A stretch of 64,000 nucleotides of DNA, from contig CAYYLC010000001.1 of the NCBI GenBank assembly GCA_964472415.1, positions 131,269 through 195,268 on the forward strand, given 5' to 3'. The notes under the pieces were generated by a model. The model saw only the letters and a list, made by a program, of their open reading frames with translations, was not told the origin of the DNA and searched no databases. The position numbers and the translations under genes are program-made. Numbering within the stretch: the stretch's first letter is position 1; each line of letters starts with the position of its first letter. This DNA comes from an uncultured Gammaproteobacteria bacterium (GTDB lineage: Bacteria > Patescibacteriota > Microgenomatia > Levybacterales > GWA1-39-11). Below are positions 53,648-64,000 of this stretch, piece after piece.

Positions 53648-55291
53648 ATGAAGAGAATATTCACTAATACAAAGTTTTTACTTGCACTCATTATCGCTAG
53701 TGCGATTTTTCTTCGTTTCTATCAAATTGCAAATACCCCACCGGCACTCACCTGGGATGAGGTTGCGTGGGGTTATAACTCGTACTCGCTTGGTCTTGAT
53801 GGACGAGATGAGTTTGGAGTATTTTTACCATATAAATATCTGGAGTCATTTGGGGACTTCAAGCCACCGCTGTACGCGTATGTAGGTATAATTCCCATAA
53901 AAATTTGGGGATTTACAGAATTCGCAACTCGGCTCCCTTCTGCATTCTTTGGTGTTTTGACTGTCATTTTGACGTTTTTTCTGACACGAGAAATATTTTA
54001 TTCATCAAGCCGCAAAGACTACTACTCGCTTTTCTCCTCCTTTCTTTTGGCAGTTTCTCCTTGGCATTTGAGTCTTTCTCGAGCTGCTTTTGAGGCAAAC
54101 GTTTCACAGTTTTTTATTGTTGCTGGGATTTATTTTTATCTTATGGCGCTTCGAAGAAACGCATGGGTTTTAATTCTCTCCGCAATTTCGTTTGCATTAT
54201 CGTTTTACACTTTTAATACTGCCCGAGTTTTTGTGCCGATTATAGTGATAACTTTGAGTCTTATTTTTATAAAAAAGCTGTGGGTGATAAAGAAGCAAAC
54301 AATAGTCGCAGGGATTATAGGGTTTTCGCTACTTTTACCAATCATTGGATTTCTTTTTTCTCCACAAGCAAGTCTCAGATTTCGCGAAGTAAACATATTT
54401 TCTGATCCTGAGATCGTAGAGCTTTCCAATCAGGAAATAGCAAATGATAATAATTCACTACTCAGTAATATTCTTCATAATAGAAGATTGAAGTATGGAA
54501 TTTCTTTTATCTCGCATTACTTTGATCATTTTAATCCAGATTTCTTGTTTATATCAGGGGATAGTAACCCGAAATTCTCATCTCAGGATGTAGGACAGCT
54601 TTATATATGGAGCATTCCGTTTTTGGTCATAGGGACGCTAGTGCTATTTAGAAAACGTGAAGGGAGATGGTTTGTGGTACCATTGTGGTTACTTCTGGGA
54701 ATAATTCCTGCAGCAACTGCCAGAGAAACACCTCATGCGCTCCGGATTGAGACAACGCTTCCGATGTTTCAAATCCTGGTTGGATATGGAGCAATAACAG
54801 CGCTCTTTTATTTCAGGAAAAAGTTTAATCCGATTATTTTCAAATCTATATTTGGAATTATATTAGTCGTGTTATTTCTGAATATTGGATATTATCTCTA
54901 TGGATATTATGTTCATTATAACCGTGAGCATTCTGATCATTGGCAATATGGATATGGAGAAGCTTTTGAGTATGCTATCGCGCATGAAAATGAGTATGAT
55001 GCAGTTTACGTGACTGATAAACTGGGTAGACCGTATATTTATTATCTCATGCATGCAGAAATTCCTCCGGAAGAATTCCAGAAAGATTCGACCGTAGAAC
55101 GTGATCCATTGGGATTTGTAAACATACGACGAGTGGGGAAGTACTACTTTAGAGACTACTTAGATATTGATGAAGAAGGAAAAAATATTTTATATGTCGG
55201 AGTGCCACTCGATGTTCCCGATGACGCAACAATTCTTACGACTGCGTATAATTTAGATGGGACACCATCATTAATCGTATATACAAAATAA
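53648..55291 (+). CDS. ArnT/PMT-family GT-C transferase
   Basis: WDEVAWGYN, DFKPPLY, RLPSA, SPWHLSLSR, HFNPDFLF. Confidence 0.85.
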   Translation: MKRIFTNTKFLLALIIASAIFLRFYQIANTPPALTWDEVAWGYNSYSLGLDGRDEFGVFLPYKYLESFGDFKPPLYAYVGIIPIKIWGFTEFATRLPSAFFGVLTVILTFFLTREIFYSSSRKDYYSLFSSFLLAVSPWHLSLSRAAFEANVSQFFIVAGIYFYLMALRRNAWVLILSAISFALSFYTFNTARVFVPIIVITLSLIFIKKLWVIKKQTIVAGIIGFSLLLPIIGFLFSPQASLRFREVNIFSDPEIVELSNQEIANDNNSLLSNILHNRRLKYGISFISHYFDHFNPDFLFISGDSNPKFSSQDVGQLYIWSIPFLVIGTLVLFRKREGRWFVVPLWLLLGIIPAATARETPHALRIETTLPMFQILVGYGAITALFYFRKKFNPIIFKSIFGIILVVLFLNIGYYLYGYYVHYNREHSDHWQYGYGEAFEYAIAHENEYDAVYVTDKLGRPYIYYLMHAEIPPEEFQKDSTVERDPLGFVNIRRVGKYYFRDYLDIDEEGKNILYVGVPLDVPDDATILTTAYNLDGTPSLIVYTK

Positions 55292-55292
55292 T

Positions 55293-56948
55293 ATGAAAAA
55301 ATTCATCTTGACTCATAAAATTATATTACTCTTTATTTCTATTTTGTTTTTAGGTTCTGTATTAAGGTCGTGGGATTTGGGAAAGACTCCTCTGTCACCC
55401 ACCTGGGATGAAGTAGCGCTTGGGTATAATGCATATTCGATCTTTGAAACAGGGAAAGATGAATTTGGGAAAACGCTTCCTGTTGTGATGCGATCATTTG
55501 ATGATTATAAGCCAGCATTTTACACGTATCTTATTATTCCCAGTTATAAAATCTTTGGACTCAATGAATTTTCTGTACGACTTCCTTCGGCAATCATGGG
55601 AATATTGACTCTGGTAAGTGTTTATTTTCTTATAAAAAAACTCTTTAAAAGAGAGAGTATTGCGCTTCTTACCATGCTTCTTCTTGCAATTTCCCCATGG
55701 CATATTCAGTTTAGTAGAGTTGCATTTGAGACAAATGTAGGACTTGCTTTGAATGTTTTTGCTGCGACCTTTTTCCTGTATGGGTTAAAAAGACACTGGA
55801 TGCTCCTACTTGCAGCACTTTTTGCGGGTTTGAGTGTGCATACGTACCAAAGCGACAGAGTATTTACTCCGCTATTTATTCTCGGTATGATTATTATTTT
55901 TTGGAAGCAATTTTTTACAGTTCCTCGTAAATTCATCATTTGGTCTTTTATCATTGGTTTTGTTGTTATTTTGCCATTTATTATTACTGTTTTTACAGAC
56001 AGTAACACCTTGCTTCGCGCGAAGGGTACAAGTGTTTTTAGTAATAATGTTGAGCTCTTGAAGAATAATGCGACAAGAAATGAATTAAATATAGAGACGG
56101 GAGATACTCTTGGAAAGATTATTGATAATAGGCGGATAGTATATGCGAAGGCAGTCCTTGATGGATACCTGTCACATTTTAATTCTAATTGGCTCTTAAA
56201 GGGGGATATTGCTCGACATCATGCGCCTGAAATGGGGCTTATTTATCTTTGGGAATTCCCCTTTATTCTGATCGGAATTTATCTTTTGATATTCTCAAAA
56301 TTTGATAAAAAGACAAAGTTTTTTGTATTTTTCTGGTTTCTTCTCGCTCCACTTCCTGCATCTATTACGACAGGAGTTCCTCATGCAGTGCGCACGTTTA
56401 ATTTCCTCCCAACTTGGCAAATTTTCACTGCATTAGGAATTCTGGGGATGTATAGTTCTGTTTCCAATTTCAAATATAAAGTGTTGCGGATAAGACTTGA
56501 ATATATTGTTGTTTTGTTGCTTGTTTTGTTTGCCATATTTAATTTTATATATTATCTTAATCAGTATTTCGTACAGCAGAATTATTTTCATGCACGGGAC
56601 TGGCTGCATGGTCATCGGGAAATGATTAGTGAAATGTTGAAGCGAGAAGAAAATTATTCAAAAGTTCTTATAACCGATAAGGAACCGATGGATAGGGCTA
56701 GTATGTTTTTCTTATTTTATAGTCAATATCCACCAGAGGAATATCAAAAAGTAAGTCCTCAATCTGGTGGATTTGCGGTGCATCCAGAGTTTGATAAGTA
56801 TATATTTAGGCCGATAGATTGGGAAAAAGATAGCACTTTGAAAGATACACTTATTGTAGGTCTCCCCTCAGAGATTCCTCAAAAAGAAGCTATTTATACA
56901 GTGTATTATCCAAATGGTGATCCTGCGCTTGTCATGGCAGAACGATAA
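55293..56948 (+). CDS. ArnT/PMT-family GT-C transferase (paralog of upstream gene)
   Basis: WDEVALGYN, DYKPAFY, RLPSA, SPWHIQFSR. Confidence 0.85.
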   Translation: MKKFILTHKIILLFISILFLGSVLRSWDLGKTPLSPTWDEVALGYNAYSIFETGKDEFGKTLPVVMRSFDDYKPAFYTYLIIPSYKIFGLNEFSVRLPSAIMGILTLVSVYFLIKKLFKRESIALLTMLLLAISPWHIQFSRVAFETNVGLALNVFAATFFLYGLKRHWMLLLAALFAGLSVHTYQSDRVFTPLFILGMIIIFWKQFFTVPRKFIIWSFIIGFVVILPFIITVFTDSNTLLRAKGTSVFSNNVELLKNNATRNELNIETGDTLGKIIDNRRIVYAKAVLDGYLSHFNSNWLLKGDIARHHAPEMGLIYLWEFPFILIGIYLLIFSKFDKKTKFFVFFWFLLAPLPASITTGVPHAVRTFNFLPTWQIFTALGILGMYSSVSNFKYKVLRIRLEYIVVLLLVLFAIFNFIYYLNQYFVQQNYFHARDWLHGHREMISEMLKREENYSKVLITDKEPMDRASMFFLFYSQYPPEEYQKVSPQSGGFAVHPEFDKYIFRPIDWEKDSTLKDTLIVGLPSEIPQKEAIYTVYYPNGDPALVMAER

Positions 56949-56957
56949 AAAAACAGT

Positions 56958-57728
56958 ATGAAAAAATTATCAGTGGTGCTTGCGACATTTAATGAAGAAG
57001 AGAATATTGAACGATGCTTGAAGTCGGTTCAGGGTTTTGCTGATGAAACAATTATTGTAGATGGGAAATCAAAAGATAGGACTACTGAAATAGCAAAAAA
57101 TTTTGGCGCAATAGTGATCTCTACTACGAACAAGCCGAACTTTCATATCAATAAGCAAAAAGCAATTGATGCAGCAACGGGAAAATGGATTTTGCAATTA
57201 GATGCGGATGAGGTGGTTAGTGAGGGATTAAAAAAGGAAATAGGAAAAATTATAGAGAGAAATCCCGAAGAAAATGGATATTGGATGCCAAGAAAAAATT
57301 ATTTTCTTGGAAGATTTTTAATGAAAGGAGGCCAATATCCTGATTACACGATACGATTATATAGGAATGGAAAAGGAAAGCTTCCTCAAAAAGATGTGCA
57401 TGAGCAAGCAGTGGTTGAAGGGAAGGTGGGTTATTTGAAGTATGGACTGCTCCACTATCCATATAGGGACTTTAAGTTTTATGTAGAGAAATGGAATAGA
57501 TATAATATGTTGTTTGCCAAGCAAATCGAAGATGAGATGAGAGGAAGAAATATCTTTTATAAATTAATTCATGGCTTCGGGTATTTAGTGTTGCGTCCGG
57601 CACATTGGCTTCTCACCACCTATATTAGACATAAGGGGTTTTACGATTCTTGGCAAGGGTTCGTTTTTTCAGCTATGTCTGCACTGAGATTTCCAGCATC
57701 GTATATAATGTATTTAATCAAAAGATGA
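56958..57728 (+). CDS. GT2 glycosyltransferase (LgtF/KdtX-like)
   Basis: TFNEEENIERCLKSV, LDADE, YPDYTIRL, VHE. Confidence 0.9.
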   Translation: MKKLSVVLATFNEEENIERCLKSVQGFADETIIVDGKSKDRTTEIAKNFGAIVISTTNKPNFHINKQKAIDAATGKWILQLDADEVVSEGLKKEIGKIIERNPEENGYWMPRKNYFLGRFLMKGGQYPDYTIRLYRNGKGKLPQKDVHEQAVVEGKVGYLKYGLLHYPYRDFKFYVEKWNRYNMLFAKQIEDEMRGRNIFYKLIHGFGYLVLRPAHWLLTTYIRHKGFYDSWQGFVFSAMSALRFPASYIMYLIKR

Positions 57729-58702
57729 GAAATATTTTAGTAACAGGTGGAGCAGGATATATCGGAAGTTTTATGGTTAAGTCTCTTCTAGAGAGAGGAG
57801 ATAGCGTTGTGGTGTTTGATAATCTACAGAGAGGGCATAGGAATGCAGTTGATCGTCGGGCAGAGTTTGTTGAGGGAGATATTCTGCACGAGAAGGATAT
57901 TCAAGATATTTTTAAAAAGCATCAATTTGATGCAGTTCTACATTTTGCAGGACTTATATCAGTTGAAGAGTCATCTAAAAAGCCTGAAATGTATTATGAG
58001 AATAATGTGGTAGGATCCCAGAAGCTTTTCAGTGCAGCTCTTGAGATTGGGAATGTAAAAAACTTTATTTTTTCATCTACTGCTGCAGTATATGGAAATC
58101 CAACTAAAGTTCCAATTCCGGAAGATCATCCGAAAAATCCTACGAGTCCGTATGGGAAGAGTAAGTTAGAAACTGAAAAAAATCTTCAAGATTTGCGAGA
58201 AAGGAATAATGAGGTGAATTATGCGATTTTACGGTATTTTAATGCATGCGGCGCAGCAATAAATGGTGAAATTGGAGAGAGTCATGATCCAGAGACGCAC
58301 ATTATTCCTCTTGCGATTCGTGCTGCAATGCAAAATAAAGAGTTTAAGCTATATGGGACTGATTATGATACGAAAGACGGAACGTGTATTCGTGATTATA
58401 TTCATGTACTTGATCTTGTGGAAGCACATATACTTGCACTTGATAAAATTATGGGAGATGGTGGAGGTTATTGTTATAATGTGGGGACAGGGGAAGGCTT
58501 TACGAATAGAGAAGTAGTCGAAATGGTGAGGAGGGTTAGTGATAAGGATATTCAAATCGTAGAAGCGGAGAGGCGAGCAGGGGACTCGAGCGAATTAGTG
58601 GCAGATGTTACTAAGATAAAGAAGGAATTAGGATTCAGTCCTCAATATTCAGATCTTTCTACGATTGTTGCTAGTGCATGGAAGTGGCACAATCCTAAAT
58701 AA
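57725..58702 (+). CDS. galE: UDP-glucose 4-epimerase
   Basis: TGGAGYIGS, HFAG, SSTAAVYG, YGKSK, LRYFN, RDYIHV; ATGA overlap at 57725. Confidence 0.95.
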   Translation: MRNILVTGGAGYIGSFMVKSLLERGDSVVVFDNLQRGHRNAVDRRAEFVEGDILHEKDIQDIFKKHQFDAVLHFAGLISVEESSKKPEMYYENNVVGSQKLFSAALEIGNVKNFIFSSTAAVYGNPTKVPIPEDHPKNPTSPYGKSKLETEKNLQDLRERNNEVNYAILRYFNACGAAINGEIGESHDPETHIIPLAIRAAMQNKEFKLYGTDYDTKDGTCIRDYIHVLDLVEAHILALDKIMGDGGGYCYNVGTGEGFTNREVVEMVRRVSDKDIQIVEAERRAGDSSELVADVTKIKKELGFSPQYSDLSTIVASAWKWHNPK

Positions 58703-59733
58703 TGAAAATAGGAATAGATATTTCTCCATTATTTTCTGGTCATAAAGTTCGTGGAGTAGGTTCATATGTTTCCCTCCTCAAAGAAAATATTGAGAAGTTT
58801 GATCCTAAAAACTCTTATACTTTTTTTAAAGGTAAAGCGCCAGAGGAGCTTGATGTCGTACATTACCCGTATTTTGATCCTTTTTTCCCGGTAATGCCGT
58901 TTCAGAAAAGAACGAAGACTGTAGTGACGGTTCATGATTTAATCCCAATAAAGTTTAAGAAATATTTTCCAAGTGGGATTAAGGGGGCTCTTAGGTGGCA
59001 ATACAATAAGCGATTATTAAAAAGTGCAGACAGGATTATTGTTGATTCGGTAGCTTCAAAAAATGATGTAATAGATTTGGTGGGCGTTAAAAAAGAATTA
59101 ATAGACGTAGTATATTTAGGGGTAGATTCAATATATAAAAAGATGAGTGTTTCTGAAAATGATAGAAGTCTAATTTCAGGAAAATATGATTTACCGAAGA
59201 ATTTTTTCCTTTATGTTGGAGACGTTACGTGGAATAAAAATCTACCGCGGATTATTGAATCCGCTAAAAAGGCAGATGTCCATTTATTATTGGTTGGTAA
59301 AGCTTTAGTCGGTAAAAATTTTGAGAGGGATAATCCGTGGAATCGTGACAAAGTAAAGGTGGTCGATTTAATAGAGAGAGATACTAAGATAAGCGCATTG
59401 GGATTTGTTTCAGATGAAGACTTGTTGACTCTCTATAACCTTGCTGAAGGGCTTTTAATGCCTTCTTTGTATGAAGGATTTGGCTTGCCTGTTTTGGAGG
59501 CGATGAGTACAGGATGCCCGGTGATTACGAGTAGATTAGGAAGCCTGCCAGAAGTGGGTGGAGATGCTGTCTTATATACTGATGCAGAATCAATTGATTC
59601 TATTGCGCAAGAGATAGATAATCTTTATTTGAATAAAAAACTTCAGAATGAATTATCTGAAAAAGGACTTGAGCGAGCCAGAAAATTTAGTGTTGAAAGA
59701 ATGATGAAGAATATTGCACGATGTTATCGTTAG
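58702..59733 (+). CDS. GT4 glycosyltransferase (MtfB-like)
   Basis: TVHDLIP, KNL, PSLYEGFGLPVLEAM. Confidence 0.92.
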   Translation: MKIGIDISPLFSGHKVRGVGSYVSLLKENIEKFDPKNSYTFFKGKAPEELDVVHYPYFDPFFPVMPFQKRTKTVVTVHDLIPIKFKKYFPSGIKGALRWQYNKRLLKSADRIIVDSVASKNDVIDLVGVKKELIDVVYLGVDSIYKKMSVSENDRSLISGKYDLPKNFFLYVGDVTWNKNLPRIIESAKKADVHLLLVGKALVGKNFERDNPWNRDKVKVVDLIERDTKISALGFVSDEDLLTLYNLAEGLLMPSLYEGFGLPVLEAMSTGCPVITSRLGSLPEVGGDAVLYTDAESIDSIAQEIDNLYLNKKLQNELSEKGLERARKFSVERMMKNIARCYR

Positions 59734-59736
59734 TTC

Positions 59737-60996
59737 ATGAGAAGTAAAATAATTCAACTCATTAAGCACCCATTTATATCGGGGAGCATCATTGTGATGA
59801 GTGGGTCATTGGGAGCAAATTTTATTCATTTCTTGTTCAACATTTTCTTGAGTAGAAATTTAGCAGTACAAGATTATGGCTCTGTGGCGAGTCTGATGGC
59901 CATAATAACTCTTTTTGGGATATCCTCAAGTGCTATAGCGCCTACTATCGTAAGCTTTACAAGCAGGAGCTTTCAGGAGAACGATTTAGAGAATGTCAGA
60001 TCTGTATATTTCAAGATCTTTAATTTTTTCCTTTTATTATCTGGGATTATTCTAGTTATTTTCTTAGCATTTAGTAGAATGATTTCTGTTTTTCTTAATA
60101 TTTCTAATGGAGCAATTCTAGTAGAAATAACAGGAATTACAGTTTTTATTGGGTTTATGAGTATGCTTAATCTTTCGCTTTTTCAGGCGAGATTATCGTT
60201 TCGAGTATTTTCTTCACTAAACATATTATCCGCAATTATAAAACTATTTTTAGGGATGGTATTTATTTTTTATGGATTTAGCACAGTAGGAGTAATGTTT
60301 GCGATATTGTTGTCATATGTAATCCCCTATTTATTAGGTTTTGGATTTATAAAATTTCTATTCAAAAGAAATGTTTCGAACGTAAGAATTAAATGGAAGG
60401 ATATCGTGGTATACGCTGCGCCATCTGGGGCAGCACTTGTGGGACTCACTGCCATTAGTTCAATAGACTTATTATTGGTAAAGCATTTATTTGATGCAAA
60501 TTCTGCGGGTGTGTATGCGGGCTTGTCGCTTTTGGGAAGGGTAGTGTTTTTCTTTACTGCACCTATCACAGTAGTGATGTTTCCTCTCATGTCGAGGAAA
60601 TACGATAAAAAAGAGAATTATAATAAAGTATTATTATTTGCAATATTAACAGTTGGCGTATCATCATTTGGAATATCGTTATTTTATTTCCTCTTCCCAG
60701 AATTCGTTATTAGATTGTTCCTTAAAAATGAAGTTTATCTAAATGCAGTACCATATCTAGGAATGATTGGGATATTTGCTTCTCTTCATTCTCTTAACTC
60801 AGCTATGATGTATTATTTCCTTTCTATAAGAAAGACATGGATATATAAGCCGATTGTCGTAGCGGGACTATTACAAGCACTTGGAATATATTTATTCCAT
60901 GATTCATTAGGATTAGTAATTGGGATATCTATTTTAATGACTGCGTTATTACTCATTTTCCTTTCCTTTTATGCGTTTTTCCTTACTAAAAAATAA
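59737..60996 (+). CDS. Wzx-like flippase
   Basis: About 12 TMs; SRNLAVQDYG, DLLLVKH, AGVYA, VMFP. Confidence 0.8.
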   Translation: MRSKIIQLIKHPFISGSIIVMSGSLGANFIHFLFNIFLSRNLAVQDYGSVASLMAIITLFGISSSAIAPTIVSFTSRSFQENDLENVRSVYFKIFNFFLLLSGIILVIFLAFSRMISVFLNISNGAILVEITGITVFIGFMSMLNLSLFQARLSFRVFSSLNILSAIIKLFLGMVFIFYGFSTVGVMFAILLSYVIPYLLGFGFIKFLFKRNVSNVRIKWKDIVVYAAPSGAALVGLTAISSIDLLLVKHLFDANSAGVYAGLSLLGRVVFFFTAPITVVMFPLMSRKYDKKENYNKVLLFAILTVGVSSFGISLFYFLFPEFVIRLFLKNEVYLNAVPYLGMIGIFASLHSLNSAMMYYFLSIRKTWIYKPIVVAGLLQALGIYLFHDSLGLVIGISILMTALLLIFLSFYAFFLTKK

Positions 60997-61034
60997 CTAT
61001 ATATGTTTATTTTAGCCTTTGATATACTATTTTA

Positions 61035-61808
61035 ATGAAAAAGACGAAGCGTTGGAAGCTCTCATTGATCGTTCCGGCATATAAGCAGGAGCGAACTATT
61101 CAAAAAGATATTGAGAATATAGAAAAATCATTGAGGAATTACGATTTGGATTATGAGCTTATTGTAGTAGTCGATGGAAAATTAGATAAAACGGCTGATA
61201 AGCTCAAGAAGCTCGATCTCAAAAAGATGATTGTTGTGCAACTAGAAAAAAACTATGGTAAAGGATATGCAGTTAGGCGGGGAGTAGAAAGAGCAAATGG
61301 TGATATTATAGGTTTTTTGGATGCGGGAATGGATATAGATCCTGCCGGGATCGATATGCTCATAAACCACATGATGTGGTATGATGCAGATGTGATAGTG
61401 GGAAGCAAATTGCATCCTGTTTCCCAAGTAGAGTATCCATTTTATAGAAAGGTATTATCATGGGGATATCGGAAATTTACCTACTTACTATTTGGATTTA
61501 AAGTTCGAGATACGCAAGTTGGACTAAAATTATTTAAGAAGAATGTAGCAAAAGATGTATTCTCTCGTTCGCTTGTTAAGAAGTTTGCTTTTGATGTTGA
61601 GATTTTAGCACTTGCGTATTCTTTAGGATATAAAAAAATTTATGAAGCACCGATTAAGCTAAAATTGGACAAGAGGTCTTCAATAAAAAATTCCAATTTT
61701 TGGAGAATTATTTTTATCATGCTTATAGATACATTCGCTGTATTCTATCGTCTAAAGATTAAGAAATATTATAAAAGGAGTAATCAGAAAAATTGGCTTC
61801 CTGAATAA
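61035..61808 (+). CDS. GT2, polyprenyl-phosphate glycosyltransferase-like
   Basis: VVDG, NYGKGYAV, FLDAGMD, DTQVGLK, FDVEIL. Confidence 0.88.
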   Translation: MKKTKRWKLSLIVPAYKQERTIQKDIENIEKSLRNYDLDYELIVVVDGKLDKTADKLKKLDLKKMIVVQLEKNYGKGYAVRRGVERANGDIIGFLDAGMDIDPAGIDMLINHMMWYDADVIVGSKLHPVSQVEYPFYRKVLSWGYRKFTYLLFGFKVRDTQVGLKLFKKNVAKDVFSRSLVKKFAFDVEILALAYSLGYKKIYEAPIKLKLDKRSSIKNSNFWRIIFIMLIDTFAVFYRLKIKKYYKRSNQKNWLPE

Positions 61809-62917
61809 TGAATATATTGATTTTAAATTGGCGTGACATTAAAAATCCCAAAAGCGGTGGGGCTGAAATACTAACTCATGAATTGGCAAGGAGACTAGTT
61901 AGGGATGGGCATTCGGTGACACAATTTAGTGCTCTATTCGAGAATGCAAAGAAAGAAGAGATAGTCGATGGAGTGAGATTTATACGCAATGGTGTGCCGG
62001 ACGTGAGGCGCTTTTTTTCATCAGTTCATTTTAAAGCATTCCTTTATTATAGAAAAAATAATTCCCAATTCGATCTTATTATTGATGAAGTGCATGGAAT
62101 TCCTTTCTTTACTCCTCTTTATTCCCGGAGAAAAAAACTTGCACTTATCTGTGAGGTTGCTGGAAATATATGGGATATTTCATTCAAATTCCCATTTAAT
62201 ATTATAGGAAAAACTATAGAAAGAATTTATCATATTTTTTATCAAAACGTAAGGATCGTTACCATTTCTGATTCTTCAAAAAAAGATTTATCAAAGATTG
62301 GTTTTAAAAAAGAACAAATTGATGTACTTACATTGGGTTGTGATGTTCCGATAATAAAGAAATTACCTAAGAAAAATGAGGAATGCACTCTTATCTTTGT
62401 TAGTAGGATAACAAAATCTAAAGGTATTGAGGATGCAGTAAAATCGATTTCTGAAATTAAGAAAATAATTCCTAATATAAAACTCCTAATTCTTGGTAGA
62501 GGAGAAGAAAGATATGTGGAAAAGATCAAAATGATGATTCATGATATGGGGCTAGAGAAAAATATTATGATGCTTGGATTTGTTTCGGAACAAGAAAAAC
62601 GGAATTATTTAGAGAAATCTCACATTCTCATCGTGCCTTCTCGAAAGGAAGGATGGGGTTTGACAATCCACGAAGCTGGCTCTAGAGGAACTCCTGCCAT
62701 AGGATACAACGTAGAGGGATTAAGGGATGTGATAGTGGATAATGTGAATGGAATTATTTGCAAAAATAATTCTCATGCTGATATTGCAAAAAATGCATTA
62801 TTACTATTTTCAAATGAGAAATTATATCGCAAGTTACAGATGGGTGCTATTTCTGAACGAAAAAAATATACATGGGATAGGACATATAGAGAATTCCTCG
62901 AAGTGCTAGGTAGTTGA
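61808..62917 (+). CDS. GT4 glycosyltransferase
   Basis: WRDIKNPKSGGAE, SRITKSKG, EGWGLTIHEA. Confidence 0.9.
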   Translation: MNILILNWRDIKNPKSGGAEILTHELARRLVRDGHSVTQFSALFENAKKEEIVDGVRFIRNGVPDVRRFFSSVHFKAFLYYRKNNSQFDLIIDEVHGIPFFTPLYSRRKKLALICEVAGNIWDISFKFPFNIIGKTIERIYHIFYQNVRIVTISDSSKKDLSKIGFKKEQIDVLTLGCDVPIIKKLPKKNEECTLIFVSRITKSKGIEDAVKSISEIKKIIPNIKLLILGRGEERYVEKIKMMIHDMGLEKNIMMLGFVSEQEKRNYLEKSHILIVPSRKEGWGLTIHEAGSRGTPAIGYNVEGLRDVIVDNVNGIICKNNSHADIAKNALLLFSNEKLYRKLQMGAISERKKYTWDRTYREFLEVLGS

Positions 62918-62947
62918 TTACTGTGCTCAACTGATATTTTCCTACCT

Positions 62948-64000
62948 CTATCTAATTTTCCTTTTTAAGATAAAGGCAAATAAGAGTATCACAGCTGTTA
63001 CTGAGGAGACTATAATGCCAATCGTTAGATATGGTTGACTATATCTCATGATGACGTGATTGTTCCCTCTAGAAACCTTAAATCCCCTAAATCCATCTGA
63101 AACATTATAGAATGATGATTTCTTTCCGTTTATCTCTATTTCCCAGCCGTCGTCTAAAATTTCAGAAGATGCAATAATTGCGTCCTTTTTTGATTGTATG
63201 GTAAGTACAATTCTGCTCGAGTCGTATGCATTTATCGTGATATCCGTATCCTCAGGATTTTGTTCAGAGTCTATTCCTTCATGATTTGAAACATAGACTA
63301 CTTGTGGTGGACTTTCAGGTACTCCGCAATTATTTTTCATACAGGAAATTACTCTATATGGTACGAAAAATCGGGGCAAATAATTGACTACTTCATATAT
63401 ATAGTGATTGTTGCCAGAATTGGGTATTCTGTATGGGATACCTGGAGTATAGGACATGAATGTTTCATGAGGATGATCTGATGGAGAGATAGTTTTGATT
63501 AGTTTTAGAAGAGAGCTATTTTCATTTTCTTGATCTATTGTTACTAAGTATTTTGTATTGGTAAATTGTAACTCTTGAATTTTTTCAAATCGAGAAGTCT
63601 TTTGTGATGCGGGATAGGGGATAGAGTCATAGCCAGATGTGGATGGGACATCCATGAAAGAGGCATTATAGGCAAATTGATTTCGAGCAAAATAATACCT
63701 AAATAAATTGTCTTTTGTAGGTTTTTCTGGGATAAGGGAGTTTAATTCATAATAATTCTCATAAGATGTTTCCATGTGAAAATGTGGAATATTGTGATAA
63801 TAAAAACGGAGTTCAAAGATCAAAATAACAAGTCCTATAAATAGGAATATCTGCTTGTTCGTTTTTCTGAACAAATTAATAAGCAAAAGGCTGAAGAAGA
63901 AAAGTATTATTGCTCGAGAAAAACTTACGACAATATCAAAGTTTCCTGATGAGCAAGTGACTCCTCCACTGCAAAGATATGGCATGGTTAATGTTGCGAT
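62948..64000 (-). CDS. YfhO-family membrane protein, 3' partial (continues beyond window)
   Basis: SGYDS, YLPRFF, DDGW..EING, GFRG, MRYSQP plus terminal TM; convergent to the GT cluster. Confidence 0.7.
   Translation of the reverse strand: MATLTMPYLCSGGVTCSSGNFDIVVSFSRAIILFFFSLLLINLFRKTNKQIFLFIGLVILIFELRFYYHNIPHFHMETSYENYYELNSLIPEKPTKDNLFRYYFARNQFAYNASFMDVPSTSGYDSIPYPASQKTSRFEKIQELQFTNTKYLVTIDQENENSSLLKLIKTISPSDHPHETFMSYTPGIPYRIPNSGNNHYIYEVVNYLPRFFVPYRVISCMKNNCGVPESPPQVVYVSNHEGIDSEQNPEDTDITINAYDSSRIVLTIQSKKDAIIASSEILDDGWEIEINGKKSSFYNVSDGFRGFKVSRGNNHVIMRYSQPYLTIGIIVSSVTAVILLFAFILKRKIR

Noticed and set aside
29194-62529. Numerous 60-130 aa alternative-frame or antisense ORFs in the GT cluster
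   Set aside because: Fully nested in supported CDSs; typical of AT-rich membrane-protein genes

Overview
AT-rich bacterial genomic window whose gene content suggests a Patescibacteria/CPR (probably Microgenomates) organism; the taxonomy is inferred. Left part: the end of an RRM RNA-binding gene, a tRNA-binding protein, Ogt and small membrane proteins, then a type I restriction-modification locus (HTH-hsdM-KilA-N-hsdS-DUF3644/HEPN-hsdR) lying off the 3' end of tRNA-Gln(CTG). Centre: the most unusual element, a tightly coupled minus-strand operon in canonical atp gene order (c-like, b, delta, alpha, gamma, beta, epsilon). In it, subunit a is absent and its slot is taken by a 1629-aa fibre/adhesin-like protein. 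The c-like subunit lacks the ion-binding carboxylate and carries an exported domain homologous to a domain of the giant protein. This is a candidate ion-uncoupled, F1-ATPase-driven surface machine. It is followed by Lon (tandem sigma70 promoters with a CIRCE-like operator), a MazG-like gene, DUF4383, GT87, tRNA-Glu(CTC), and an approximately 35-kb surface-glycosylation cluster. Counting the GT87 gene, that region holds 13 GT-C-type membrane transferases, many GT2/GT4 enzymes, two Wzx-like flippases and GalE. No CRISPR array, rRNA, intact integrase or transposase was seen. All family assignments come from motif recognition by eye, not database searches.
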